This document shows positions 19,300-28,794 of a stretch of 64,000 bases of DNA, in pieces. Made by a program: the position numbers and the translations under genes. This DNA comes from a virus (taxonomy: Duplodnaviria > Caudoviricetes): the IMG/VR virus record IMGVR_UViG_3300013426_000022, positions 51,084 to 115,083 of that record. The stretch is one strand, 5' to 3'. The notes under the pieces were generated by a model. It was not told the DNA's origin and ran no database searches. It saw only the letters and a list, made by a program, of their open reading frames with translations. Every line of letters starts with the position of its first letter. Positions within the stretch are counted from its first letter, which is position 1.

Positions 19300-19512
19300 T
19301 TAATCATAATCTTCTTCTTCCATATCTGTCATTCTAACAAATGTCATTATGGAATAATGGCACACATGATTACCAAAAGGAACTGAAGTAAGTTTTGTAT
19401 CTACTAAATCAGCATAATTTGTATATCTTTTTACAATTTTTTTCATTTCTCCTGCTAATGATAAAATTGAAGTTGATTCACATGATTCTATAAAATATTG
19501 TTTTTGTTGCAT
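19300..19512 (-). CDS. Small hypothetical protein, paralog of 19626-19841
   Basis: FxIxCE.T....L..E......Y.....L.D.K......G....HY...TF shared. Confidence 0.7.
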   Translation of the reverse strand: MQQKQYFIESCESTSILSLAGEMKKIVKRYTNYADLVDTKLTSVPFGNHVCHYSIMTFVRMTDMEEEDYD

Positions 19513-19625
19513 ATTAACGTACCTCCAATAAATATTATATTATATATTATGTTTACTTTGATAAATTATAAGGAACATAGAAAAAAATAAGAGTAGAAGT
19601 TATATCTACTCTTAATGATTAAAAA

Positions 19626-19841
19626 CTATTTGTTTATTTTTTTGAATGTCAGTAAACCATAATGATGAACAATGTTTCCAACTGAACCTATTAATATTGA
19701 ATTGAATTTAACATCGATTAATTCATAATTTTCTTTATATTTATTAATATAAGAATTTATTTCAGTAGTTAATTCAGTCATACCTGTAGCTTCACAGTTT
19801 ATAGTAAACATATACCCGTAATCATAATTTCTTTTTTTCAT
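19626..19841 (-). CDS. Small early protein (start MKKRNY)
   Basis: GGAGG RBS; follows promoter cassette copy 3. Confidence 0.7.
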   Translation of the reverse strand: MKKRNYDYGYMFTINCEATGMTELTTEINSYINKYKENYELIDVKFNSILIGSVGNIVHHYGLLTFKKINK

Positions 19842-19870
19842 AACATTACCTCCAAATAATATAAAAAGAT

Positions 19871-19938
19871 ATAAGACATAAACCATTTTTATATCTTATT
19901 CACAGTTATAATATAGTATTGAAATCTCATGAATTACA
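19871..19938 (-). promoter_or_regulatory. Repeated early-promoter plus 5' hairpin cassette, copy 3
   Basis: Matches the other two copies; TATATTAT at 19908-19915. Confidence 0.75.
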
Positions 19939-19991
19939 TTATGCTATTTAAATCATCATTTAACAATATTTTAAAAAAGGAGGTAAAATAT

Positions 19992-21419
19992 ATGGCTAGT
20001 AAAATAATATTAAACAACTCATCTATAAAAGTATATGATTATAAACCAGGAGATTGTGAAGAACTAGAAAAAAGTTTATCTGTATGGAATAGTAATTATT
20101 ATAGATGGGAACCTAAAGGTATGAATTATGATGAGGATAATCATATATTAATTCTTCCAAGAGGTATAGATGTTGAATAACTAAAATCTAAATTAAGATG
20201 TCCTGTAATTACTAATAAAAATTATAATGATTATGAAAAAACTAATTTTAAGTTAAAAGTTGAACCTAGAAATGATATACAGAAAAAATCAATATCTTTT
20301 CTTGTAGGAACAGATAAATTTAAGAAAAGTTATGGTTATTCACAATTATCATTAAATTTAGATACGGGTGATGGTAAAACGTATTGTGTAATAGCATCTT
20401 TATGTTTGTTAAAATGTAAAGCTATAATCATATCACATACAGAAAATATAAAAGAACAATGGTTAACATCAATTCAAAAATTTACTAATATAGATAAACG
20501 AAGAATTTTAAATATAGCAGGAACTAAAGTCTTAGAAAAATTTGATGATTCTTCAGACTATGATATATATTTAGTTAATCATAGAACTATTCATGAATAT
20601 GCTAAAAAACATAGTTGGGATAGTTTAAATGACTTATTTAAAGAAATGAAAATAGGAATAAAAGTATTTGATGAAGCTCATATAGAATTTAGTTCAATAT
20701 TAAATATAGATTTTCATACGAATGTTTTTAAAACATTTTATTTAACAGCAACATTCGAAAGAACTGATAGAGGTGAAGATAGAGTATTTAAATTATGTTT
20801 TAAAAATATAGCTAAATATGGTTATGAAACAAGAGGAGAAAAAAGGAAACATATTAAATATATAGCAGTATTATTTAATTCAAAACCAGATATAGAAGCA
20901 AAAATGTCTATTAGAGGACCTAAAGGTTTTGATAGATACGCTTATATGGATTATGAATTATCCAATGGAATGATATTTGAAGTTATTGAATATGTAATGG
21001 AAAAATTTGAAAATATAGACGGGAAATGTTTAGTATTGTCATCTAAAATAGAAAGTAGTGAGATTTTATCAGAAAAAATTAAAGAATGGTATCCAAAAAA
21101 AGATATTAGAATATATCATTCTAAATTAAGTAAAAAAGAAAAAGAAAACTATAAAGAAGCTGATATAATAAGTACAACTCCACAATCTTGTGGAACAGGT
21201 TTTGATTTACCAGGTTTAAGATATAATATAATGTGTGAACCTTATAATGCTCATATAACAGCAGAACAAGTATGTGGTAGATTAAGAGAAATACCTGAAC
21301 AGTATACGTTTCATATTGAACTTATAGATATTGGTTTTCCAAAAGTAAAAGAAATGTATAAGAAAAGATTAAGTGTTTTTAAAAAGAAATGCTATGGAGT
21401 GTATGAATTAAATTATTAG
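19992..21419 (+). CDS. SF2 (DEAH-like) helicase with an in-frame TAA at 20178-20180
   Basis: Frame continues past the stop to Walker A LDTGDGKT, then DEAH, TAT, GTGFD and QVCGRLR; AGGAGG RBS at ATG 19992. Confidence 0.85.
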
Positions 21420-21500
21420 ACGAATAAGGATTAAGTTCCTTATTCGTTATTTTTTCAATTCCAAAACAATAACATAATAAATAATAAGGAGGAATTTAAT

Positions 21501-22775
21501 ATGAAAACAGGTTATGGATTTACTGAATTCGAAACTATAGAGGAATTCGCTAATTATATGAAAAATTTAAAGGTAACTAGAAAAATAACAAGATTACAAG
21601 TACATCATATGTATTTACCAGATTATTCTTGTTGGGCTAAAGATAATGCTTTGAGAAGACAATATAATACAAAATATTATCATATAAACACAAATCATTG
21701 GGATGATATAGCTCAACAATTATCAATATTCCCTAATGGTCATATAGTAACAGGTAGATCTTTCAATAAAACTCCAATAGGAATAAAAGGTTGGAATACA
21801 AATGCTGTATGTGTAGAAATATATGGAAATTTTGATAAAGATAAAATGACTGAAGCTCAAAAAAATGCAGTATTAGCATGCTATGCTATAATGGCTGATA
21901 AATTTAAAATAAGTATAAATAGTACTAATATAAAACCACATTGTTGGTTTACTGCAGGAGGAGCTTATATAGGTGATTATAATTCTTCTAGAAGTTGTAA
22001 GACTTGCCCAGGTTTAAAATTCTTTGGAAGTAATAAAAAAGCTTCTTTAGAAAAGAATTTTTATCCTAAAATAAAAGCTTATGATATAAGTAAATTACAA
22101 CAAGGTACTACTACAGAAGAAGATACTGTAGAAATAGTGAATTTTAAAGTACAAGTTAATATTGATTCTCTTAATGTAAGATCAGGTCCATCTACTTCTT
22201 ATGGAATAATAGCAACTGCTAAAAAAGGTGAAATTTATAATATAACAAAAACTAATTCTGCTGGTAACTGGGGATTAGTAAAGGAATTAGATGGTTGGAT
22301 GTCAATAAAATCAGATTATGTGACTAAAGTAGTTCCATCTGAAACTAAAGCTTTTATGGTTAAAGTATTAGTTGATGATTTAAATATAAGAACAGGACCA
22401 GGAACTGCTTATCAAAGTGTAGGTAAACTTGATAAAAACGATGTATATACGATAGTAGAAGTAAATTCTCAAGGTACTTGGGGTAAATTAAAATCAGGTG
22501 CAGGTTGGATAAGTTTAAATGAAAATTATGTAACTAAAGTAGAAGTTGTAGTCCCTCAACCAACAGAACCACCAGCTACTACTAAATTTATTGTTAAAAT
22601 AAAAACTAAAGAACTTAAAGTTAGAAAAGGACCTAGTACTGATTATGATGTAGTTGAGAGAGTATTCCAAGGAGATGCTTATACAATAATTGAAAAAAAT
22701 GGTACTTGGGGTAAATTATTATCAGGATTAGGTTGGATAAATATTTCTTCAAATTATGTTGATATAGTTGAATAG
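21501..22775 (+). CDS. Endolysin: N-acetylmuramoyl-L-alanine amidase (Amidase_2-like) plus three SH3b domains
   Basis: LQVHH, W.DIAQ, GR, VCVEIYGNFD, HCW, KTCPG; three LNVR.GP.T.Y...WG....GW repeats; late promoter at 21465-21476. Confidence 0.85.
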   Translation: MKTGYGFTEFETIEEFANYMKNLKVTRKITRLQVHHMYLPDYSCWAKDNALRRQYNTKYYHINTNHWDDIAQQLSIFPNGHIVTGRSFNKTPIGIKGWNTNAVCVEIYGNFDKDKMTEAQKNAVLACYAIMADKFKISINSTNIKPHCWFTAGGAYIGDYNSSRSCKTCPGLKFFGSNKKASLEKNFYPKIKAYDISKLQQGTTTEEDTVEIVNFKVQVNIDSLNVRSGPSTSYGIIATAKKGEIYNITKTNSAGNWGLVKELDGWMSIKSDYVTKVVPSETKAFMVKVLVDDLNIRTGPGTAYQSVGKLDKNDVYTIVEVNSQGTWGKLKSGAGWISLNENYVTKVEVVVPQPTEPPATTKFIVKIKTKELKVRKGPSTDYDVVERVFQGDAYTIIEKNGTWGKLLSGLGWINISSNYVDIVE

Positions 22776-22787
22776 GTTGGTGATGAT

Positions 22788-23030
22788 ATGGAAGATTTAC
22801 AAGCACAAGTTACTAGATTAAGTGATAATCTTGCTACTGCTAATGAAAATATAACAACATTATTAACATATCAATTTCAATTAAGAGAAAATTATCAAGC
22901 TCTTTTACGTGAAAATACGGATTTAGTATTTGAAAATGAAGATTTGAAACGAGAAAATCAACGTTTATTACAAGCGTTGAATGATATATCAAATACAATA
23001 GTATCAGCAGTAAAAAAACCAGAAGAATAA
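22788..23030 (+). CDS. Coiled-coil protein
   Basis: Heptad repeats over 80 aa. Confidence 0.65.
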   Translation: MEDLQAQVTRLSDNLATANENITTLLTYQFQLRENYQALLRENTDLVFENEDLKRENQRLLQALNDISNTIVSAVKKPEE

Positions 23031-23116
23031 AATATTTACGATATTATCACTAAGCACAATAGTGATAATATCGTAAAACAATTTTTTAATGTGATTAAAA
23101 GAAAGGAGAGGATAAT

Positions 23117-23935
23117 ATGGCGACATATAAAATAGTTACAGATTTAGTTAATACATTTTTTACAGATAATATTATAACTATTTCATTTAGTAGACCAACT
23201 TCTGGTACTTGGAAAAAGAATGATATTGTTATATCAAGTTCTATAAATAATAAAGTTTGGGGTTGGATGTGTACTGCTAGTGGAACTCCAGGAACATGGA
23301 TGGAATTACAAAGTGATGTAGAATTAACTGGTGATGTGACATCACATAATCATGACAGTAGATATTATACTAAAGAAGAAATAACTAAATTACTACAATC
23401 GATAGCTGCTGCAGAACACAATCATGATGAACGTTATTATACTAAAACTGAAATAGTAAATAATTATTATGATAAAATATATATTAATAATGTATTAAAA
23501 AATATTTCTGGTGCAGCTCATACTCATAGTTGGAATGAAATAACTGATAAACCTTTACGATTCCCTGCAGAATTAGGTATAGTATCAACAACAGCGTTTA
23601 GAGGAGATTATGGTAATTTAGCATACCAACATGCTTTATCAAAACATGCACCAGCTAATGCTCAAAAAAATAGTGATATCACCATAAGTGAAATAGAAGC
23701 TAAATTAATAGGGAATATAACATCACATAATCATGATGATTTTTATTATAGAAAAAGTGAAGTTGATAATAAATTTTCAACATATTCACCAAAAAATCAT
23801 AATCATAATGATTTATATTATACCAAAACAGAAATAAATTCAAAAATATGGGTAGAATCAGGTAAAAAATTATGGATACAAAGTTCTGATCCTGGAGCAG
23901 TAGGAGCTGGTTCGGTTTGGATTAAAACTAGTTAA
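23117..23935 (+). CDS. Tail fibre-like protein with HxH(D)xxYYTK repeats
   Basis: Four HNHxxxYY repeats; modules shared with 25410; late promoter at 23077-23088. Confidence 0.7.
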   Translation: MATYKIVTDLVNTFFTDNIITISFSRPTSGTWKKNDIVISSSINNKVWGWMCTASGTPGTWMELQSDVELTGDVTSHNHDSRYYTKEEITKLLQSIAAAEHNHDERYYTKTEIVNNYYDKIYINNVLKNISGAAHTHSWNEITDKPLRFPAELGIVSTTAFRGDYGNLAYQHALSKHAPANAQKNSDITISEIEAKLIGNITSHNHDDFYYRKSEVDNKFSTYSPKNHNHNDLYYTKTEINSKIWVESGKKLWIQSSDPGAVGAGSVWIKTS

Positions 23936-23946
23936 GAGGTGATATT

Positions 23947-25371
23947 ATGGAATATCAAGTCAAAGTAATAGTATCTTCATTAAACATACGAAACGGTCCT
24001 GGTACTTCATATGATATTATAGGTAATATATCCGATAAAGGAATATATACGATAGTAGCAACTAATGATGCTGGAACTTGGGGTCAGTTATTATCTAATG
24101 GTTGGATATCATTAGGTGCTTCTTATGTAAAAAAATTAGAACCTACTACTGATGATGAAGGTAATGTATATGATGATGGAGTATTTAAAAGAAATACAAA
24201 TAATAATGGTTGGATAAATTATAATGATACGAATGAAATATTTATGCGTAATGCTGCTAATACTGGATGGGTTGGTGGAGATGCAAAAGAAAATTATCCT
24301 GTTATTTATAGAAGAAATAGTGATAATAATGGTTGGATTCAAATTTATCCAGGTGGGGTTGTTCAAGCTACTGAAGAAATACCTCTTGAAGGTGAAACTA
24401 AAATGGCTAATTATAGAAAAAATTATGGTAACTGGAGATACAGTTATGCTAGACAAGGATGGGGTATTGTTCGTAATGCTAATGGTCCTGCAGGTGGAAT
24501 CCAATTTGGTTTAATAGGATTAAAATATTCTACTATAGAGGGTGGAGGCAATATAGTCGACCCAGGTACACCAAGATTTGGTGGAGGTACTGGTGGTTCT
24601 GGTAACTATAATGCAACACAATTAGTACAATTCAGAGGATGTAAACATACTACATGGGCATCTGGTAATCCTCTTTCTAAACATGATAGTACAGGATATT
24701 TTGGATATAAATGGAAATCTGCTGGAGCATATAGTGCAATGCCAGAAGCCGATTTAATGCTTAGTTCAAATAATGGTCGTTCTGCTTTTTTACGTTGGGC
24801 TAATAATACAAATGGATATGGTTCTTGGATGTGTATGTATAATGGCGAAACTAATGGAACAGGTTCGGCTTCATCAGAATATTCGGCTAATTATTTAACT
24901 ATAGAAAAATTTAATATGATATTGTATGGTTATAAATATTCGGCTCATAGAGTGGCTTCTGAAGAATATGGTAAAGCTAAAGCAATGGTTGCTATGAGTT
25001 TAAGTAATACAAAAAACACAACACATTATATCGATGTTGTTGTTCCTTCAGATAAAGCTAATTTATCATTAGATAATATAATTAAAGGAATAAATAATGG
25101 AGATATAGCATATATACAACCTAATGATATGATGAGCTATAGTGATTTTGATTATAAACCATGTATAATGCAACAATACGATGATAATTTAGTAACATCG
25201 CCAATATATAATGAATTTGATAAAGTACAATATAAATTTAATGATGAATGGTATGATGCAATATCAACATCACCTAGAAATTTTAAAATTTTAAAAAACT
25301 CTATTGAAGCTAGAATATTGAATAACTTAACAGGAGAAATATATTTCCAAATGTTATTAGAATGGGATTAA
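23947..25371 (+). CDS. Putative receptor-binding/tail protein with N-terminal SH3b domain
   Basis: LNIRNGPGTSY...WG...GWISL; RNxxNxGW repeats; Gly/Trp-rich body. Confidence 0.6.
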   Translation: MEYQVKVIVSSLNIRNGPGTSYDIIGNISDKGIYTIVATNDAGTWGQLLSNGWISLGASYVKKLEPTTDDEGNVYDDGVFKRNTNNNGWINYNDTNEIFMRNAANTGWVGGDAKENYPVIYRRNSDNNGWIQIYPGGVVQATEEIPLEGETKMANYRKNYGNWRYSYARQGWGIVRNANGPAGGIQFGLIGLKYSTIEGGGNIVDPGTPRFGGGTGGSGNYNATQLVQFRGCKHTTWASGNPLSKHDSTGYFGYKWKSAGAYSAMPEADLMLSSNNGRSAFLRWANNTNGYGSWMCMYNGETNGTGSASSEYSANYLTIEKFNMILYGYKYSAHRVASEEYGKAKAMVAMSLSNTKNTTHYIDVVVPSDKANLSLDNIIKGINNGDIAYIQPNDMMSYSDFDYKPCIMQQYDDNLVTSPIYNEFDKVQYKFNDEWYDAISTSPRNFKILKNSIEARILNNLTGEIYFQMLLEWD

Positions 25372-25409
25372 AAACAAATTAATAAGGATAAAAGAAAGGA
25401 GTGTTTTAA

Positions 25410-26663
25410 ATGGCAACAATACCAAGTAATGCTAATAAATTAGTAAGTACTAAAGATAATAATTATTTTTTAGAAAATAAAATAACTCTTGGTGAAGAAA
25501 TTCCCACTACAGGAACATATAAAATGGGAGATATCATCATAAACCCTTGGAGTGTTGGTGCAGAAATAGGTTGGATTTGTACCGATAATGGTGAACCTGG
25601 TGAATGGGCACAAATTATAAATGGTAAACCTGATACAGATGTTAATATACCTTGGAAAAATGTTTATCAAAAACCTTCAACATATGCACCAATAATAGGT
25701 AATACAGAAACAACAGCATTTAGAGGTGATTATGGTGAAATTGCATATGAACATTCGCAAGCAGCACATGCTCCTGTTAATGCTCAAAAAAATAGTGACA
25801 TTACTAAAGCAGAAATAGAAGCTAAGTTAACAGGTGTTATAACAACACATACTCACAACTATGCAGGTTCTTCTACTGCAGGTGGTGCAGCAACAAGTGC
25901 AAATAAATTATCAAATAGTAAAAAAATAGGATTTGCTTCATTTGATGGCACTACTGATATTCCTGTACATTTAATATTAGGTGAAATAAATACATCAAGT
26001 TCAGGTAGTACAAATAAAAATAAATGGACTAAATTTGCTACAATAAATGTTTCAGGTACATCATATAAAACTTGTACTGGTAAATTCATGTTAGATGCAG
26101 CTGAAACATATAATTGTTCAGGTATATTATTTTTTTATTTTAGATTATTGAATAATAAAACTGATACAAATGTAATATTGAGATGGTTAGCATTAGATAA
26201 TGATGCATATGCTAATAGTATAGCAGCAGTAAAAAAATCTGCTGGAGTTTATGATTTATATTTTAAGCCATTATCTGATTGGAATACAATGCATATAACA
26301 ACATATAGTAATAAATCTGAATATATAACATTATATTCTCAACAGGAGTTTGTTGCATCTATAACACCAGAAACAACAAGTACATTTCCAGTTTCATTAC
26401 CTATTCCTATACCTGAATCAGGTTCATATTGGAAAGGATTTGCTAAAGTTAATACAGATGGTGTTACTGAAGTTGGTAAATATATAGATTTTCATAATAC
26501 TAATACTGAAACTACAGATTATAGCATACGATTACAATGTGATGCTACAGGACCATGTACTGTTAAATTACCTTCAACATCAGGTACGTTAGCAAGAACA
26601 GAAGATATTACTTCTGCTATTGGAAATATAAATACTATATTATCTGATATAGTTGGTTCTTAG
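25410..26663 (+). CDS. Tail fibre protein
   Basis: HTHNYAGSSTAGGAATSANKL, FDGTTDI and DGVTEVGKYIDFH...DYSIRL fibre motifs; late promoter at 25373-25384. Confidence 0.75.
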   Translation: MATIPSNANKLVSTKDNNYFLENKITLGEEIPTTGTYKMGDIIINPWSVGAEIGWICTDNGEPGEWAQIINGKPDTDVNIPWKNVYQKPSTYAPIIGNTETTAFRGDYGEIAYEHSQAAHAPVNAQKNSDITKAEIEAKLTGVITTHTHNYAGSSTAGGAATSANKLSNSKKIGFASFDGTTDIPVHLILGEINTSSSGSTNKNKWTKFATINVSGTSYKTCTGKFMLDAAETYNCSGILFFYFRLLNNKTDTNVILRWLALDNDAYANSIAAVKKSAGVYDLYFKPLSDWNTMHITTYSNKSEYITLYSQQEFVASITPETTSTFPVSLPIPIPESGSYWKGFAKVNTDGVTEVGKYIDFHNTNTETTDYSIRLQCDATGPCTVKLPSTSGTLARTEDITSAIGNINTILSDIVGS

Positions 26664-26674
26664 GAGGTGATATT

Positions 26675-27517
26675 ATGAAAAAAGATAATGTGGTAGGATA
26701 TGTATTAATGGAAAATGTATCAGAACCAGTTCAAATAAAAAATCTTAGAGAATGTACTAATAATGGTTTACTTTATTTGAAATTTGATACGGTGTTACAA
26801 TCATTTGAAGTTAAAAATAGAAATAAAAGAATATACAGTGGTGATGCGGTAATGGAATCATTGGCTGCACCTCACGTTCAAGAATTATTAAAGAAAAAAT
26901 CATTTGTTAGTGAATATGGTCATCCGTTAAGTAAAGAAATGTCTAGAGTAACTCAAATTGATCCAGGTAGAGTTTGTGGTAGAGTTAATTCATATTATAG
27001 ATCAGGAAATCTACTTAAAGGCGAGTTTGAAACATTCGATGATGGTGCTATGGGTACTATGTTAACAAGAAGAATACTTCAAGGTATGGAACCCGCTCAT
27101 AGTTTAAGAGCAGTTGCTAAGTTAAGTACTAATAGAAACGGTGATGCTATAATGAATACAAGAGCCCATGTTATAGCATATGATACAGTTATATTACCAT
27201 CTCATATGGAAGCATATAGAGATGAAAGTAAAGATATAAGTGTTATACAACAACCTATAATTGCAACAGAATCTACTGAATTTGAAAATGAAGAAGATTA
27301 TGCATTCTGTGTTAATGAATCAATGTTAACTGATTTTGTTACAGAAGAATCACATAATGTTAAATTAATACAAAATATATGTGAAGTTATTCCTGAAACA
27401 ATAAAATTAACTCATGATTTAAAACATATAATACTTAAAGAAGGTACTGACACTTATTATGTAAACACTGAAGAAAAAATAAAACATGATATAAGAAATT
27501 TTTTAAGAAACTTTTAA
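26675..27517 (+). CDS. Prohead (capsid maturation) serine protease
   Basis: NRNKRIY, EYGHP, HSLRA and YDTV..PSH match the T4 gp21/phiKZ gp175-type motif order. Confidence 0.85.
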   Translation: MKKDNVVGYVLMENVSEPVQIKNLRECTNNGLLYLKFDTVLQSFEVKNRNKRIYSGDAVMESLAAPHVQELLKKKSFVSEYGHPLSKEMSRVTQIDPGRVCGRVNSYYRSGNLLKGEFETFDDGAMGTMLTRRILQGMEPAHSLRAVAKLSTNRNGDAIMNTRAHVIAYDTVILPSHMEAYRDESKDISVIQQPIIATESTEFENEEDYAFCVNESMLTDFVTEESHNVKLIQNICEVIPETIKLTHDLKHIILKEGTDTYYVNTEEKIKHDIRNFLRNF

Positions 27518-27518
27518 T

Positions 27519-27552
27519 ATATAGAGGATTGGAATATTCCAATCCTCTATAT
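27519..27552. terminator. Bidirectional terminator
   Basis: 16-bp perfect inverted repeat between convergent genes. Confidence 0.8.
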
Positions 27553-27555
27553 TTA

Positions 27556-28311
27556 TTAAACTTGAATGTATTGATTTAAATCTAAATGATAACTTTGTTC
27601 CCATTTTTCTATTAGCTGTTGTCTTTCATCTTGTGCTCCTGACCAATCATCTATTCTCATAGCTATTTGACCATAACTTGTAGATAAATTATCATAATGT
27701 TTTAAATTATCAAACATATACTTTTTAACATCCAGTGTAGCAAGTTTTAAAAATGATGTATATGTTGTTGCTGGTAAAGTTGTCAAATTTTCTGAATGTT
27801 CTAAGCAAAATTCTACTCTATAAAGATTACTTACACCATAACCATCATATATTTCTAATTGATTTGGAGGTATGAATTTAAATGTTGTACCCTGCATAGC
27901 CGAGCTTAATAAATTAGCTTGTGCTTGAGCTAACATTAATTCTTGATATCCACAATAACATGATGTTAAATCATAAGTATATAAACCTGTATCATATGCA
28001 CTTCTATGTGTTAATTGATCTTGTTCAGGTTGTACATCATTTATCATCATTATTTGTCTATCACCAAACATTCCGTCGGGTAAAACATAAGTTATACTTT
28101 CAACTTTAGTATCAACTACTTTTAAATCATTAACATTTATGACTACAGATACCTTATATGGAGATAATTCATTAAACACAGGTAATGTTTTAATTTTAAC
28201 TATTTCCATTATTAATTCATCTACATTATCAAATGGCATTCTTATACCTATAAGACCTAAATCCATTTTAATACTAGAAACTAATCTACTAGGGTTAATC
28301 ATTATAATCAC
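27556..28311 (-). CDS. Virion structural protein (neck/head-completion-like)
   Basis: F.FIPPN.LEIY...HSENL.T.P...F.KLA.LD pattern; structural-gene context. Confidence 0.5.
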   Translation of the reverse strand: MIIMINPSRLVSSIKMDLGLIGIRMPFDNVDELIMEIVKIKTLPVFNELSPYKVSVVINVNDLKVVDTKVESITYVLPDGMFGDRQIMMINDVQPEQDQLTHRSAYDTGLYTYDLTSCYCGYQELMLAQAQANLLSSAMQGTTFKFIPPNQLEIYDGYGVSNLYRVEFCLEHSENLTTLPATTYTSFLKLATLDVKKYMFDNLKHYDNLSTSYGQIAMRIDDWSGAQDERQQLIEKWEQSYHLDLNQYIQV

Positions 28312-28371
28312 CGTCCTTATTATATTGTATTTAATTTATTATAGGAGAGTACATTTGTACTCTCCTATTTT

Positions 28372-28794
28372 TTATAACATAGAATCTATTTTATTTTTTA
28401 ATTCTGGGTAGTATTTTATTGCATCATCATACTCAATAATACCATCGTTTATTCGAAGTACTATATATTGAGCTAAACTTTCTAAAGGTTTTGAATTAAC
28501 TACTATTTTTGGAAATAAAATAGAATCAATTATTTCAGATTGCAATTTAAGCATCTTTTCTACATTATTATAATTTTCTTTTAATTGTATATATTCTTTA
28601 TCAGTTGATAATCCATAAGCATAATCTTTAGAAACTTCTGAATAATCTTCTTCAGTTTCATTGATTGCTAAATATACTTTATTAAAATAATCTCTATTAT
28701 CAGCATCTTTTTTCTTAAATAATAAATTTCCTTCATCTGGTGTTAATATTCGTAACTTACCTCTATTTTCTACTATCATGATACCACACTCCAA
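28372..28794 (-). CDS. Tail-fibre-associated small protein
   Basis: Translationally coupled to the giant gene; LTPDEG.LL and YPELKNKID patterns typical of post-fibre genes. Confidence 0.5.
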   Translation of the reverse strand: MECGIMIVENRGKLRILTPDEGNLLFKKKDADNRDYFNKVYLAINETEEDYSEVSKDYAYGLSTDKEYIQLKENYNNVEKMLKLQSEIIDSILFPKIVVNSKPLESLAQYIVLRINDGIIEYDDAIKYYPELKNKIDSML

